Origin: Cyanophora paradoxa CCMP329
Taxonomy: Eukaryota > Plantae > Glaucophyta
Assembly: GCA_004431415.1 (NCBI GenBank)
Contig: QPMI01000470.1
Coordinates: forward strand, 186,001 to 250,000
Direction of reading: 5' to 3'
DNA length: 64,000 nt
Below, in pieces: positions 1 to 12,763 of the stretch. A program made the translations under genes and the position numbers. Under the pieces are notes generated by a model that was not told where the DNA came from, made no database searches, and worked only from the letters and a program-made list of their open reading frames with translations. Numbering within the stretch: position 1 is the stretch's first letter; every line of letters starts with the position of its first letter.

Positions 1-1456
1 CTACGGCTCCGAGGTCCTTCCTTCTACTTGCACTGAATTGCCTAAGACCCCTCGTCCTAAGACACAACAGACTCCTCTCATATAATAAGTTCTGAAGGCC
101 CGCCCGCCCGCGTGCCCCTCTAACTATTATAAGTTCTGAAGGCCTCTCTAGATCTAGGCCGCCTCCGGATCCAAGTTCCCTAAGTTCTCTTATACGCTAC
201 TTATAATAGACGCTACTTATAATTACTAGTTAGAGGCCGTCCGCTTAATCGGTTATTAGAAGCGGCTCCTAATGCCCCTTTCTAATTGAATTTAATTGAA
301 TTGACTTCTTACCTGATTATAGTTCTTTCTAATTGAAATGACGCGGCCTGTTTTGCGCGCAGACGCCCCTCCGACGCCGGCGCCGCTCCCGCCCCCGCCG
401 GTCCTCGCCGCCCTCCCGGAGGCCCCGCCCCGGGCCCCCCCGCCCCCGCCGGCCCCCCGCCCGCTCCCGCCGCTGCCCCGGTGCTCGCCCCCGCCCCCGG
501 TCCCGGGCCCGCGGCGTGACTCGGCGCCGTCCCCGCCTCTCGCCGGCTCGCCGCCGCCGCCCTCCCGCCCCGCCTGGCTCCCCCGCGACGGCCCGTGGCG
601 CCCCCCGCGCCCCTCACGCCCCCGCCGGCCGTGTCCGGGTACTGCTTCGAGGGCGGGGCGCAGGGTACGGTGCTGGCGCGGCCGCCCTCCCCGGGTACGG
701 CTTCGGGGCGGACGGGGGGATGACTTGGAGGATCTCCTGGAGGGGATGGACGATCGCGGATTCGATCGCGAGGCGCACGCCCCATGGGACCCCGCCCCGG
801 CCCGCCGCCTCCCCACTGGGCCCCCGCCCGCCGCCCCCGCCGCCCCGCCCCCGCGGCGGCACCCGCCGTCACCGCCGCCGCCGCGCCGCCGCCGGCCCTC
901 CCCGCCGCCGCCGCGCCGGGCCTCCGGCGGCCACCGCTCGCCCCGCCGCTCGCACCACGGCCGCTAGCCTATAGCCTAGTAGTACTAGGCTAGTAGCCGT
1001 ATACTCCGTAGTAGGCCAGCCGGCGCCAAAATCCGCGAGCTTCGGTTTTTCGAAAAAATGTTTCGTCAACGCGCCCATTGTTATGAGATCTGCACGCGCG
1101 CGGCCCGGCGGCGCGCGCGCCACGAGGATCCGCGCGTCCCTAGGCCTAGGCCTGGCCTGGCATGATGAGCTGCGCATGCAGCCCGCAGCGCCGGCCCCGA
1201 CCACCCCCCGGTTTGCCCTGCAGCTGGCCCATGGGCCCCGACACGCCCCGTGGCCAGCCCCCAGCTGCGCATGCAGCCCGCAACGCTGGCCCGGCCCCAC
1301 GTGCACCCATCCCCCGCCGCCGCCCTGCATGCGCGCACGCCCTGGGCCCCGGCACGTCCCGCGGCCCCCCCGACCCCTGGCCCCCCACACCCTGAGACGA
1401 GCGGGGGCCGGGGCGAGTTGAATACCTAGTTCTAGATCTCTTCCTTGTGTACAATG

Positions 1457-1540
1457 ACTAGTGGCCTGGCCGCGATTTTCAGTGTAAAGATAAACACAGG
1501 TTACAAGCAGGTAGGCAAGCCCCCCCGCACAGGGGAGGGG
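1457..1540 (-). mobile_element. Possible Helitron-like 3' end (GC-rich segment ending CTAGT), repeat-family remnant
   Basis: Minus strand ends ...cgcggccaggccactagt. It shares GTGTAAAGATAAACACAG with about 13616 and CTAGTGGCC with about 13479. It also shares GTGCGGGGGGGCTTGCC..CCTGCTTGT in inverted orientation with about 19462-19489. The Helitron assignment is inference from the terminus only. Confidence 0.3.
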
Positions 1541-2520
1541 CTACCGGTCCTTCAGGGTGCGCTGGATAACTGCGTGAAAGCGCTTGTATAGGTCGAAGTG
1601 CGGTACCTGGGTACGGGTTGGCCGAGACGGGAGGGGTACGAGGGGAGGGGGTACCGGTCCTTCAGGGTGCGCTGGATAACGGCGTGAAAGCGCTTGTATA
1701 GGTCGAAGTGTGGTACCTGGGTACGGGTTGGCCGAGACGGGAGGGGTACGGGTCGGTTCCGGGGGTACCTCATGCTCGGGGCCATCGAGGAAGACGGCCC
1801 ACATCTGCGGGTCACGTACCCGTCAGAAAAGCCGTACGAGGCCTCGGGGGGGGGGGGGTACGGGGCGCCTTGCGGAGGGAGCCGAGGGTACCCTGGTCAA
1901 GCCGCAGGCCCCCCTCGTGGCAGGGCGTAGTCCCTAAGCGATCGAATCGGAATTCGATCCGATGATCCGGGCCGGATGGAAACGTCGTACCCGTGCAGGT
2001 CCTCGTCGTACGGGTGCCCGGCGGGCGCGGCTGGGGGCGGGCGAGGCGCGCGGGTCGGGCGGCGCGGGCGCCCGGAGCTCGGCCCGCCGGGCCTCCAGAA
2101 AGCCCTGCGCGAGGCTCAGGCTAGAGGCGTAGTAAACGAGCGGAAAGGCCGCGCACGCCACCCGTGCCAGGAGCTCCGGCGCATGAGCAGGCCGAGCGGG
2201 CGGCGCGGGTCATCTCCACCTAGGCGGCGGGGGCATCCTCCCGCTCCAGGATCGCCTCGGGGCGTACGTGTGCAGCCAGCGCAATGCCGTCCACGGGTCG
2301 CGATGCGACCGAGGGGAAGCGGAGACGCGTTTGTCGCCAGCGCCGCGCGCCGTCCTTGGCGTTCACGATTGCTCGACATCCACGAGCGGCGAGAGGCGCT
2401 CGTCCGAGCGAGATGTTCATGTTGCCGCTGCTCTTGCATCCGTGCTGCCGTCTGCTCGGAAGCAAGCGGGGGTGGCGGCGGCCCAATTGGCCCAATCTGC
2501 TGTTCGCGCTGCTGAAGTCC
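1541..2520 (-). CDS. Spliced gene or gene fragment of unknown function
   Basis: Protein-like segments bounded by splice signals: AGHPYDEDLHGYDVSI, DYALPRGGLRLDQGTLGSLRK, MWAVFLDGPEHE, VPHFDLYKRFHAVIQRTLKD. No recognisable domain. Start and end are uncertain. Confidence 0.35.
1542..1750. repeat. Tandem duplication with 110-bp period covering one exon plus intron
   Basis: 1542-1640 and 1652-1750 are near-identical. Both encode VPHFDLYKRFHAVIQRTLKDR on the minus strand. Confidence 0.9.
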
Positions 2521-2845
2521 AGGCTGTGAGGCGGCTGAAAGCCGTCTTTGATCTACGTATACCCCCCTGCGCGGGGACCCAGCCGTAAACGCGGGCCTTA
2601 GGCCCTCCGCGTGCTTTAGATCATCATCTCCCGCGCACGGCCTTGTCTGGTGTGACGAGTACGGAAAGCCACCTTCCAGCGGTCAGCAATCAAACCTCGC
2701 GGCGCGCGCCCCTCAAGCTATCCGCCGCTGCAGGCGCTCAGGAAGCGTAGTCAGCATCGAAAACCCGCACTTGGCCGCCCGGCGCATCCGAATTGAGGCC
2801 CGGAGCCGCGCCGGCGCGGCGGCCGCGCGCGCGCCTCGGCCGGCG

Positions 2846-5800
2846 ATGGCTCCTTCGGTGCCTGATAAAGCATTCGCGCCTGTCGATGCGGCGGCGGCGT
2901 CCACAGAGAAGGACGTTGGCGCGCGCGAATCCGAAGGAGCAGACGCGGCGCAGCAAGCGAAGTCGAAGGGGCGGGACGTCGACGTCGCCGCGCCAGCTGC
3001 GGTCGACATCAACCTGGACAACGCCGGCGCGCCCACGCCCTGCGGCCGGGCGCTCGCCGACTGGCTCAGCGAGCTCCAGAACCGCGCCTACGGGAACCCT
3101 CGTGCGTTCAGCGCCTCATTAGCGCGGATGCACGCGTCAACGTTCTGGGCGCGGACACGCTCAGAGCTGACTCCTTGAGCGCGCGCGGCCGCAGACACGC
3201 AGTCTCCGTCGGGGCGCGCGGCCGCGGACCTCGTCGCGTCGGCGAGGTCGCTGGCGCTCAGATTCTTCGGCGCCGATGAGGACGAGTACGCGTGCGTGCT
3301 GACCTCGGGGGCGACGGCCGCTCTGAGGACGCTCGGCGAAGGTGCGGCTCGCTTGTTCTGTACGCACACGTGATCATGAGCCTGTACACGTCTGACGCCG
3401 CGGCCGCGTCCAGCTTTCTGCTGGAGAGAAGGGAGCGAGTTCGTGTGCACAAGAGAAGCTCATAATTCGATGCTCGGCATCCGAGCGAAAGCCCTGGCGG
3501 CCGGAGCGACGTTCAGCAGCATCCCATACGCCGAAGCGGCAGCCGCGGCGGCATCCTCAAGCTCGACGGGAACAGCACCGGGCGAACCGCGGCCTGGCTC
3601 CAGCCGGCCGCCCTGCCTGTTCGGCTTTCCGGGAGAGTGCAATTTCGACGGGTCTCTGTTCGACCCCGCCCTTGCAGCTGCGGCGAGGCGCGGCCTGTTC
3701 ACGACAGCAGACGGCCCAGTGTGCGTGTGACTCTTCGCTCAGAGCCGCTCAGATTTCGCTCAGATTTCGCTCAGATACGTCCTCCTCGACGCGGCCCGCC
3801 TGGCCGCGACGTCTCCCTTGGAGCTGAGCCGGCTGCCGGCCGAGCAAAGGCCCGATTTCGTAGCAATCAGCTTCTACAAGGTGGGAAATCAAACTTAATC
3901 AAACAAACTTGGCCCCGTATCCCTGTCGTACCCTGAGATCTTCGGCAGATCTTCGGCTTCCCGACTGGACTGGGCGCCCTCCTCGTCAAGCAAGGTGACT
4001 GCCTTTGTTGAATTTCGCGTCAGGTTTTATAACCACCGAAGCCTTGTTACTAAGCTATAACCTTGTAATAACCGGCGTATTAAGTTGTTGAATTTCGCGT
4101 CAGGTTTTTATAACCTTAGCTTGTTATAACCTTATAACCACCGAAACCGACACGCCGCGCCGCCTCAGGCTCCGAGCGCGCGTTGAGGAAGACGTACTTC
4201 GGCGGAGGCTCCGTCCTCGGCTCTGCGGCCGAAGTGCCCTGGGAGGCCCCCCGGCCGGGCGTCGAGGCCCTCCTCGAGGACGGTACCCCCCCTTTCCAGG
4301 TCCTACCCCCTCCCCCTCCCCCTCCCCCCCTCCCCCCCGACTCACGTTCGCGTAGCTCGCATCGGCCCTCGTACACGGCATCGAGGCCGTGGAGAGGCAA
4401 GGGGGCATGGCGTCCATCGGCGGCAAAGCACGCCGGCTCGCCGCCTGGACGGCGCGCCAGGCCGAGTCCCTGCGGCACCCGGACGGGAGTCCCCTCTGCG
4501 AGATCTACCTCCAAAGAAATGCGAAGCGCGGAGCCTCGGTGGCGCTGAACGTCAGGACCGCAAGCGGGGCGTGGGTCCCGCCTGCCGAGGTGGCGCGGAC
4601 GGCCGCCCTCGTCGGCATATGCATTCGCGTGCGCACGCATTCATAAGCTAACTAAAGTAAACTAAATAAACCAAACTTAGTAAAATAATGAAATAAATCA
4701 ACATAAACCTCGCGCCTTCATTAACCGACGTCAACGTTGCGTTTCTCTTTTCTGATCGCCGGTGCATATCTATGCAGGCGGGCGGCCTCTGCAACCCTGG
4801 CGCGTGCCTGACCCACCTCGGCGTCGACGCCAGTGCCGTCCGGGCCGCCGTGGAGGTGCGATTAGATCCGCTGGCTAATCTCAGAGGATCCGCCCTCCTA
4901 GCTAACATGCAATCTGTTTTATTTTCGAAGGCCGGGCGGGGGTGTGGCTCTGGGGACCCCGACTTCGAGTGGAGCGGGGGCCTTCTGGGCGGCGCGCGCT
5001 CGCCCGCCGGAGCGGTCCGCGTGTCGTTCGGGGCCAGGAGCGAGCCGGCCCACGCTCAGGTGAGCCGCGCCGCCCTTGCCTGTCTGTCTCTTTTAAGTTC
5101 TGCCCGGCCGCCCTCACTAAGGCTGTTCTCTTAAGTTCTCTTCAGTTCTCTTAAGGCCGTCCTCACTTTAATTTCGCCCGCAGGCCTTCATAGATTTCCT
5201 GTCCCGCTTCTTCCTGGCCTCGTACCTGCCCGCCGGCGTAGGAAAGGCGGCCGCATTAGGAGCCGGAGTCGCGCGGCAAGCGTTCATCCAGTCGCTATAC
5301 CTCTACCCAGTGAAGGCGCGTCGTCGGCATTGTCTGATTTGATTCGAGTTCGGAACTAAACGTATCGACGGTTCGATATATAGGGTTGTGGAGGAACGCT
5401 CGTACGGCAATGGCCTCTCCACTCGACAGGTTTGGCTCCTTGCCCGGCGCAGCTCCTCGAGTTTGACGCTGAGCAAATCGACCCTCCAGGGCTTATGTAC
5501 GATCGCTCCTGGGCGATCGTGGACACGGCCGGGAGGGCGCTCGGGCCCAAGCGCCTGCCCGCCATGGCCCGGATTCGGGCCTCCGTGGATCTGGCACAGA
5601 GGGCCCTTCGCCTGCGATTCGGAGACTCGAGCATCTCCGTGCCCCTGTCCGCTGGCCTGCAGGCGAGCCGACACGATGTTACCGTTTGCGGCGCCAAGTG
5701 AGTAGCTATAGCTGATTGTGATTATTTTCGTTCGAATTTCGCTCACTGAGACATGCCTGCAGGAGAGTTGTGCACAGCTACGGCCAGGAGGTGCCGACGC

Positions 5801-7437
5801 CAATTTCAATTAAAGTTTAAGCTTAAGCTTAAGCTCAATTAAAGTTTAAGCTTTAAGCTCAATTAAAGTTGGCTCCGGCTGGAGCTTAAGCCGCCGCGCT
5901 CGCTCTCAGGTCAACAGGTGGCTCTCCCTCGCTCTGGGGACGCCTTCCAGGCTCGTGCGAGTTTCGAGCACGTGCGCGCCCCGGCGTTCGGCCGAGGGCC
6001 TGGCCTCTGTTCTCGAGGGGCCGGAAACGCATCCGCCGCTGTGCCTCGTACGCTGCGCTTTAATTTCCGATTTGCGTCCGTACGCTCTGCCGTGCGCTGA
6101 TCTCTGCCCCGTTCAGACACGTCGCCCTAGGCCTGCGGTTTCCTCTTGTGGGGCTGCGTCTTCGTTCGCGAACGAGGCGCCCCTGCTGGCGATCTCGACA
6201 GAGAGCCTGCAGGAGCTGTCTTCTCGGCTCGGTGCAGCACCTTCGCTGCTGCTTCGAAACATTTGGGCGCACGCGTCACTTTCTCACTGCATCCGGATCC
6301 GCAGGCCCCCAATCGCCACCGCTCGACCGGCTGGCGGCGCGCTTCCGGCCCAACCTTGTCGTCTCCGGCACGGGTACGTATATATACGCACGGGACGGTT
6401 AGAGTCGATAAATAAATCTGTAGCAAAGTCTTAAAGATCTGAAGCCTTAAAGCTTTGGGCGTCTTCACCTTCTCGCCGGTACGCCCGGGACGGTTAGAGC
6501 TGATAAAGGACACCCAAAGCCACGCGTGCCGGGCACGCGGGCCGGGCACAGCCTAAAGCTAGCCTCAACTCGAACGCGGTTAACGTTAGAGCTGATAAAG
6601 GACACCGAACGCGTGCCAGGGTCGCGTGCCGGGCGCAGCCTAGCCTTAACTCTACCGCCACACCTAAGCCGCCTCCGGCTATCTATCTTTCCGGCCCAAC
6701 CTTGTCGCCTCCGGTCCGTCTCCGGCGCAGGGCCCCCCTTCAGCGAGGACTCGTGGGCCTCCCTCCGCGTGGCGGACAGCGAGCTCGAGGTGAGCCCGAC
6801 CCCGACGTACGCGTCCAATTTGCCTTGATTTCGTTTCTTATGAATTAAATTTAGCATGTAAGGCAATCAATCACTGCTATCGAAGATTTATTTACAGCTC
6901 TATTTTGCTCCAAGCTAGCTCCGAGCTCGAGGCGAGCCCGGCGTCGCCTTCGAAATTCGCCTCCACATCACTTCAGCTGACTCGCCTCGGTTGGCTTCAT
7001 TCGTCAGGTGGCGGGGCCCTGCAAGCGGTGCTCCGCCATCTGCATCGACGCGGACTCGGGGGCGGCGGGACCCGAGCCCCTCCGGACCCTGGCCACGTAC
7101 CGCCGCTGCCCCGTGCGTCCGCGCTCCTCTAATCCCTTTGCTTCGCCTCTTCTCTGCCTCTTCTTTTTATGGTCTTCGCCATATATAGTATCGCCTCTCG
7201 TCCTAATAGACCCTGAGCCTCTGCCTGCAGCTGTAACATAAGCCATCCCCATCTAGCTATAGACCGACTCGGTTGGAATGTAACTAATTCCTTTGCTTTG
7301 CCTCTTATCTGCCTCTTACGGTCTCGCAGGGTGCGGGCACCGTACTCTTCGGGGTGCTCCTGAGAGGCCCGCGGGCGGCCTGCACCATCTCCGCCGGCGA
7401 CCCCGTCCTTAGTAGAGTAGGCGACCCCGTAACATAG
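2846..7437 (+). CDS. ABA3: Molybdenum cofactor sulfurase (NifS-like PLP domain + MOSC_N + MOSC), multi-exon
   Basis: Exons in the expected order: NLDNAGAPTP, AYGNP/HTQS, VLTSGATAALR, EAHNSMLGIR, FPGECNFDG, YVLLDAA, PDFVAISFYK/IFGFPTGLGALLVK (PLP lysine), YFGGGSV, EDGTPPF, GGLCNPGAC, GAVRVSFG, LYLYPVK, GLMYDRSWAIVD, SFANEAPLLAIS, RFRPNLVVSG/GPPFSEDSW, GPCKRCSAICID, EPLRTLATYRR, VLFGVLL. Stop TAG at 7435-7437. Confidence 0.93.
6374..6730 (+). repeat. Intron of the sulfurase gene made largely of a dispersed repeat element
   Basis: GT at 6374 and AG at 6730 splice in frame (VSGT-G-PPFSED). About 6410-6667 is highly similar to 12511-12763, and the 5' end matches about 11678-11709. Confidence 0.85.
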
Positions 7438-7738
7438 TATAGTATAGTAGACCCTTAATAGACCCTCTAGATCTGCGACCTGCAGCTGTAATATAGTATA
7501 GTATACCCTTAATAATAGACCACTGTGACCACTGTGAAGTAGACCCTTAACTTAATAGATAGACCCTCTAATAGACCCATACTATCCGTCGGCGACCCCG
7601 TCTCTACCACTGTATAGTGTCTCCTCCAGTCTTAATAGACCCTCCGCGACCTAGGCCTGCAGCTGTAATATTAGCCGGTATCGATCCCCTTCGAGACCGA
7701 CTCAGTTTCATCGGAATGTACATGCACTATTTTGACCA

Positions 7739-8265
7739 CTATCGGTGTTGCAATTGAATTCTATTTCCCGTGTGACAGATATAGCTCCGCCCCTCTTTCG
7801 AATTCGATAGCTCCGCCCCTCTTTCGCAAATCAATCACCGGTTCGATCGATTATATTATTCCGGAAAATCAGATCCGCTTCATGATCCGTCAGAAGACTC
7901 AGAACCCGCTTCGACTGGAGTCGACGTCGTTCTGAATTTGATCGTGATCAAGATCATGATCACGTATACGTAATGTCACAGTGTTGATTATAGTCTTTAA
8001 GCTTGGTGGGGCCTCGCCAGCGGCCTTCTCGGTCTTGTAGTCGACGTCACGCTGAGTCCAGTTGGACCTATATATATATTTACTAGTTCTCCTGCCCGTT
8101 ATATCGATTCTTGCTAGTTCTAGCCTATAGGCTAGGCCCTGAGGGTTACCGCCGACTTACCGGTAGTCGACCTCGCGCTCGACGGTACCGGGGGGGGTAG
8201 CAGCCTGATTTCCTTCGCTTTAATGCCCTTTTCAAGTTTGCCTGCTCTTGAATCTCGAGCCACTA
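7739..8265. repeat. Dispersed repeat of about 520 bp (uninterrupted copy)
   Basis: Collinear, high-identity match to 13138-14217, where two insertions interrupt it. A roughly 40-bp piece recurs at about 14624-14662. Confidence 0.9.
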
Positions 8266-8616
8266 CTATTTTCCATATATACATAAATCATTGAAATCCA
8301 ACGACTAACCGCAGGACCGTCGGACTTGCGCGCAGGCTCGCGGCGGCCACTGCAGCTGCAGTTCCAGTTCCGCAGCGCCCGTCCCCCCGCGCCTCTTGTC
8401 CCCGTGCGCGCGCTCCACGCCCGCACGCCGTCCCCCGATGCGTGCGCTCCCCGCGCCGCGCTCCCTCCGCTCGGTATTTTATTGCTTATTGCTTTTATTT
8501 GCTCGGATAGCTGGCGCTATATATATACGGCCGGCCACGTACGCGTACGGGTACGGGAAGTTCGACTTCATATGCATGGTCACGATTATGATGATGATCA
8601 GTTGCATTATTAATTA

Positions 8617-9747
8617 TCAGGGCTTCGCTATGACTGCGGACAGTCTCGCGCTCATGTACGCCGACTGCGAGACGAACGCCCAGAGGACGAAGATGAACGA
8701 GGGGGCGAGAATGGAGGAGAAGAAGTTGCGGACTCCGCGCGTCGAGGACCAGCCGCCAAGCTCCGGGTCGCACGTGCCCCGGGCCTCGATCACGTAGTCT
8801 GGGAATTTGAGGGAATAGAACGCGGTGAGAGCGAAGCCGGCGAAGACAACCGAGGCGAGGAAGAGGACGGTGCAGAGGAGGACGGCCGGCCCGATGAATC
8901 GGAAGCACTCCCTCGAAATGCGCGCCCCGTCCTCCTCGACCTCCGCGTCGATATCGGGATCGATGTCCCCGCGATCGGGGGCGCCTTGGCGTCGGCGGCG
9001 GCCGCGGGCGCCCAGGTCCGAGGTCGCGACGTGCACGAGGAGGAGGCCGATGGCGAGGATGATGACGAAGCTGAGGGAGAGGGCAAGGGACGCCCAGTTC
9101 GCCATCTCGGTGGACGGCTCGACGCGCGCCTCGCAGGCGTACGGCGGGGCCGCCAGCCGCCCGTCCGCCTCGTGCAGCTCGTCGTAGTCGATCGCGCTCA
9201 CCTGCTCGACGAGCGTTCAACGCGCGAAAATCACTGCGGGCGGAATTATAATCAGTTATAAATTGAATCACCAGCGTAATGACGGATGCGATGACGAGCG
9301 CAGAGAGGAGACCAAGCGTGTCGAGCAGCCTCCTTTGACGCGCAGAGAAAATGTAAGCTGATAATTATATACATATATAATATTAAAGGTGCGAATTTAT
9401 CGCGAAAGTACAGCACACCTCAGGGTTTCAACGGTGGGCGACTTTTTTGCGAAGCTGTAGAGAACGTTGAGGAACGGGAGGCGGTCGGGCCAAGCGACGC
9501 GCGTGTCAAAAGGCATAAAGAGCAGCCCGAGGAGCGGGACCTCCGCGAGCGCGACGCAGGCGCCGTGGAAACTCCGTTTGTCGCGAGCGCTCGCGGCCGC
9601 TGCGGGACCCGAGCTCGAGGCCGCTTCCTGCGAAACGCTGCTCTGTTCGTGGTTGCCACCAACCAGAGCGCTGCGCCCTGCCGGATGGTCGCCTTCAGAG
9701 AAATAATCTTCCCGATGTCTTGACCGCGGCCGGCGCCCTTGCTGCAT
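8617..9747 (-). CDS. Uncharacterised multi-pass membrane protein (about 4 TM helices), 3 exons
   Basis: GT-AG splicing gives a continuous frame: ...KKSPTVETLR/RLLDTLGLLSALVIASVITL/VSAIDYDE..., followed by three further hydrophobic helices and a stop at 8617. Confidence 0.7.
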
Positions 9748-11677
9748 CTAAGCTCGAGATCAAGGCGGCACTGGATGCGCGTCGCGCACGCAGGCGTCTA
9801 GATATGGCGCGTGCATGCGCACCGGTGTTTCCGAGGGCGTGCTCGCTTTAAGATTTAGAGGTGACATGTACAAGTAACTAGTCCGGAGGGGAGAGAGAAT
9901 GGGGGTGAAAGAATTTTGAAGGAGAATTTAAGGAATTCGAATTTCGAAGGAAGGGGGGCCGTTAAACGTTCTCGATCGTTGAATAAAGGGTTAAAGGGGA
10001 GAAGCTGATCATGATCATGATATTGTATGCTCATATGACGTGGACGGTCGGACTGTAAACAGCGATGTTGGCGGCCGGGGCAATTGCAACGACAGCTGCT
10101 GCGCTGGCAATCCCGCCCGTGTTCGACGTGACGCGCACCGCGAAAACCCGCGCTTCATGCAGCGGAACGACGGAGAGTTTGCGAGCGACCACCCGCCCGT
10201 CGGTGCGAGCGCGCGCAACTACGTATACAGTTCGCGCATCTCAACCGGCGAGAGCGGCCTATCCTGATCATGACCGACCAGAGAATTAATATTTCGCAGG
10301 CCTCCCCGGGAACACCGAATCGCGCGCCCGCTTGTGGACCGACGCGCACCGCGCAGCGGCCGAAGCCGTTGTACTCCAGAGGTGCGTATGCGGAGCATTA
10401 AACAATGATGAGATGACCGGCCTTAGCCGGCGAGCTCGAGGAGCTCGAGGGTCGCTCCGTCGACGCGTACGTCGCCGCCGTGTGCCCTGCGCATGCGGCA
10501 CGTCATGCATGAAAGCAGCGTAGCGAAAACGCATTTTCGAGCTTTTTAAATTCGGGATGACTGGCCATGGACCGGCTCGATCGCGAGCGCAGCTTGGGCG
10601 CACGTATCATCCGAGCGGACGCGGGACCGGGCTTCCCGCGCGTGCGGCTTGCGCGTCCGATCCAGGGCGCTGTTGAACCCGGCGCGCAAATTAAACAAAC
10701 CCATTTCACTGTTTTACGACGGCAGCAGAAGCGTCTCATTTTAGCGTTGACGTTAACGTTATAAATTATCTTTCAGTTTGATCGCCTGACGTCGATTTGG
10801 GCCGCTGGGAAAGGCTACACGGGGCGTAACCGGTTTAAGCTCACAGCGAGCCGCAACAGTTCCGAGGGGCCGGCGACGTTTCTGTCTTCCTTTTTGTGCG
10901 CCGCACCTCAAATATTAATTGGAAACGGGGTAGGGCCCCCGTTTTCGGTAACTTACAAAATGACGGTCCTGCTCATCTCCCGATCCAGCTCCGGATCCGA
11001 GCTCTTAACCGAGTGTTAGTGCATGCATGAGAGCCCGGAATTCGTTGTCAGAACCCGGACAGAGTGGAATGCTGCGCGGAAAAAAGGACCGGACCCTTTC
11101 CCGGACTCTCCCTTGCAGCACCCGATCCTGTGGTCGTTTAGCGACCGGACCAAGTGCATCCGAAAGCTCTTAGAATGCTTTACAGATCATGTCATACATG
11201 CCAGGGCTCGGGAAGCGGCGCGCAGCGCGCTAGGCCGCCTCAAGTACCTGTTGTACCGAACGTCGAAAAAAACGCTCTGAGAGTTTCAGTTTTTGCTGGG
11301 TACACACAGCAGGCGCCTTCATGGCACGACGCGGTGGGCGACAGCTCGGCTATGCGCGCGGAGTCGAAGAAGCGGAGTTCGAGCTCTGTGTAGAGCCCTG
11401 CCCAGACCCGTCGCGCGCGGCTGTCATCCGGGCGGCAAATGCACATGTACACGCTGTGCTCGGCGGCATTGCGGGACGCGGCGCGGCTCGCCGTCGAGGC
11501 CGCCCTGGATGTCCGCGGCATCGCCTTCGAGCGCGCCGGCGTCGCCCTCCGCCCCCACAACGGCTTCGGTCCGCCCCGCCCCGCCCCGCCCCGCCCCGCC
11601 CTGCCCGGCCCCCCCTCGCCTCGCCCCCCCTCCCCGCCCCTCCCCGTCCAGCCCGGCCCCGCTCCGGCCCGCCCCGC

Positions 11678-12763
11678 TCCGGCGCGGGTACGTATACGCA
11701 CGGGACGGTGCACACGAACTATAGCTAGTCTGCTGTCCGGGTGCCGATCGCAACAAGAGCGCCGAGCGCCCGGCCCGGCCGGCGTGCTCGGCCGGCACAC
11801 GCGGTTCCGCAATATAAGCTCGATATAAGCGCAGCAAGAGAGTACGGTCTAGATCTGGCCGGCCGGGCGTGCTCGGCTGCGATCAGCTGCAGCGGCGCAG
11901 GCAGCAACCACTAGTAAAAGGGGGGTCGCCGGAGCCTGTTTCAGCCTGATTAATATCAGGCTAGCCTGATTCGAAAACAGGCTGGGACGGAATTGAAAAG
12001 CGGCAAAAGGGCAGTGGTTCTCCAGGAGATATTGCGGATCCGGGCCCGCGCTCTTCGCAGGCCGCGGCGCCGGACGCCGCGCTCGGTGATGGCTCCGGCG
12101 ACCCCCCTTTTACTAGTGAACGCAAGCAGTTTGTAGGCGGAAATCTAGAGGAGACGTTGACAGGTAGAGAGAAGTGGTTCCATGCAGAACCGCGCAACGA
12201 AGAGCAAGGCGTACGCGACGCACTGCGAGGAAGCCGAAATCTAGAGGAGACAGCTAGGGAGAACTGGTTCCATGCAGAACCGCGCAAGGAATTCGAAGAC
12301 CGGAGTTAGAGAGAAGTTAGTTTTCCCCTCGAAAACCACTTTTTCCCCTCGAATTCGACGCTCGAAAGTCGAGGGCTGACCGGCCCACCGAGCCAATCGG
12401 AAGGCGAATAAAAGACAATTTCGTTGCAGACTGGCCCTCGAAAACGGCCTCGTAGAAAAATTTTGGCTGAAGCGAGGGAACGGGAAGCAAGGGGGCCCCT
12501 TCCCCCCTTGCAATAAATCTGTAGCAAAGTCTTAAAGATCTGAAGCCTTAAAGCTTTGGGCGTCTTCACCTTCTCGCCGGTACGCCCGGGACGGTTAGAG
12601 CTGATAAAGGACACCCAAAGCCACGCGTGCCGGGCACGCGGGCCGGGCACAGCCTATAGCTAGCCTCAACTCGAACGCGGTTAGAGGTGATGAAGGACAC
12701 CGCAACGCGTGCCGGGGTCGCGAGGCGGGCGCAGCCTAGCCTTAACTCTACCGCCACGCCTAA
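11678..12763 (+). repeat. Second, interrupted copy of the repeat forming the intron at 6374-6730
   Basis: CTCCGGCGCGGGTACGTATACGCACGGGACGGT at about 11678-11709 and the body at 12511-12763 are separated by about 800 bp that includes the CACTA MITE. Confidence 0.7.
11909..12118. mobile_element. Non-autonomous CACTA (En/Spm) MITE, 210 bp
   Basis: Perfect 28-bp terminal inverted repeats CACTAGTAAAAGGGGGGTCGCCGGAGCC (11909-11936 and 12091-12118). A 3-bp target site duplication AAC flanks both sides. Confidence 0.92.

Noticed and set aside
292-1454. Many overlapping Pro/Arg/Gly-rich ORFs
   Set aside because: Extreme GC leaves several frames open, and no domain or convincing splice model is present. 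338-967 might be a terminal exon, but this is unsupported.
6490-6620. Possible hammerhead ribozyme (CTGATAA...GAA-like)
   Set aside because: It lacks the CUGAUGA/GAAA core with supporting stems.
10019-11570. Coding-like segments with some splice signals
   Set aside because: Stops occur in all frames and no domain is recognisable. It is possibly a decayed gene, but no call is supportable.
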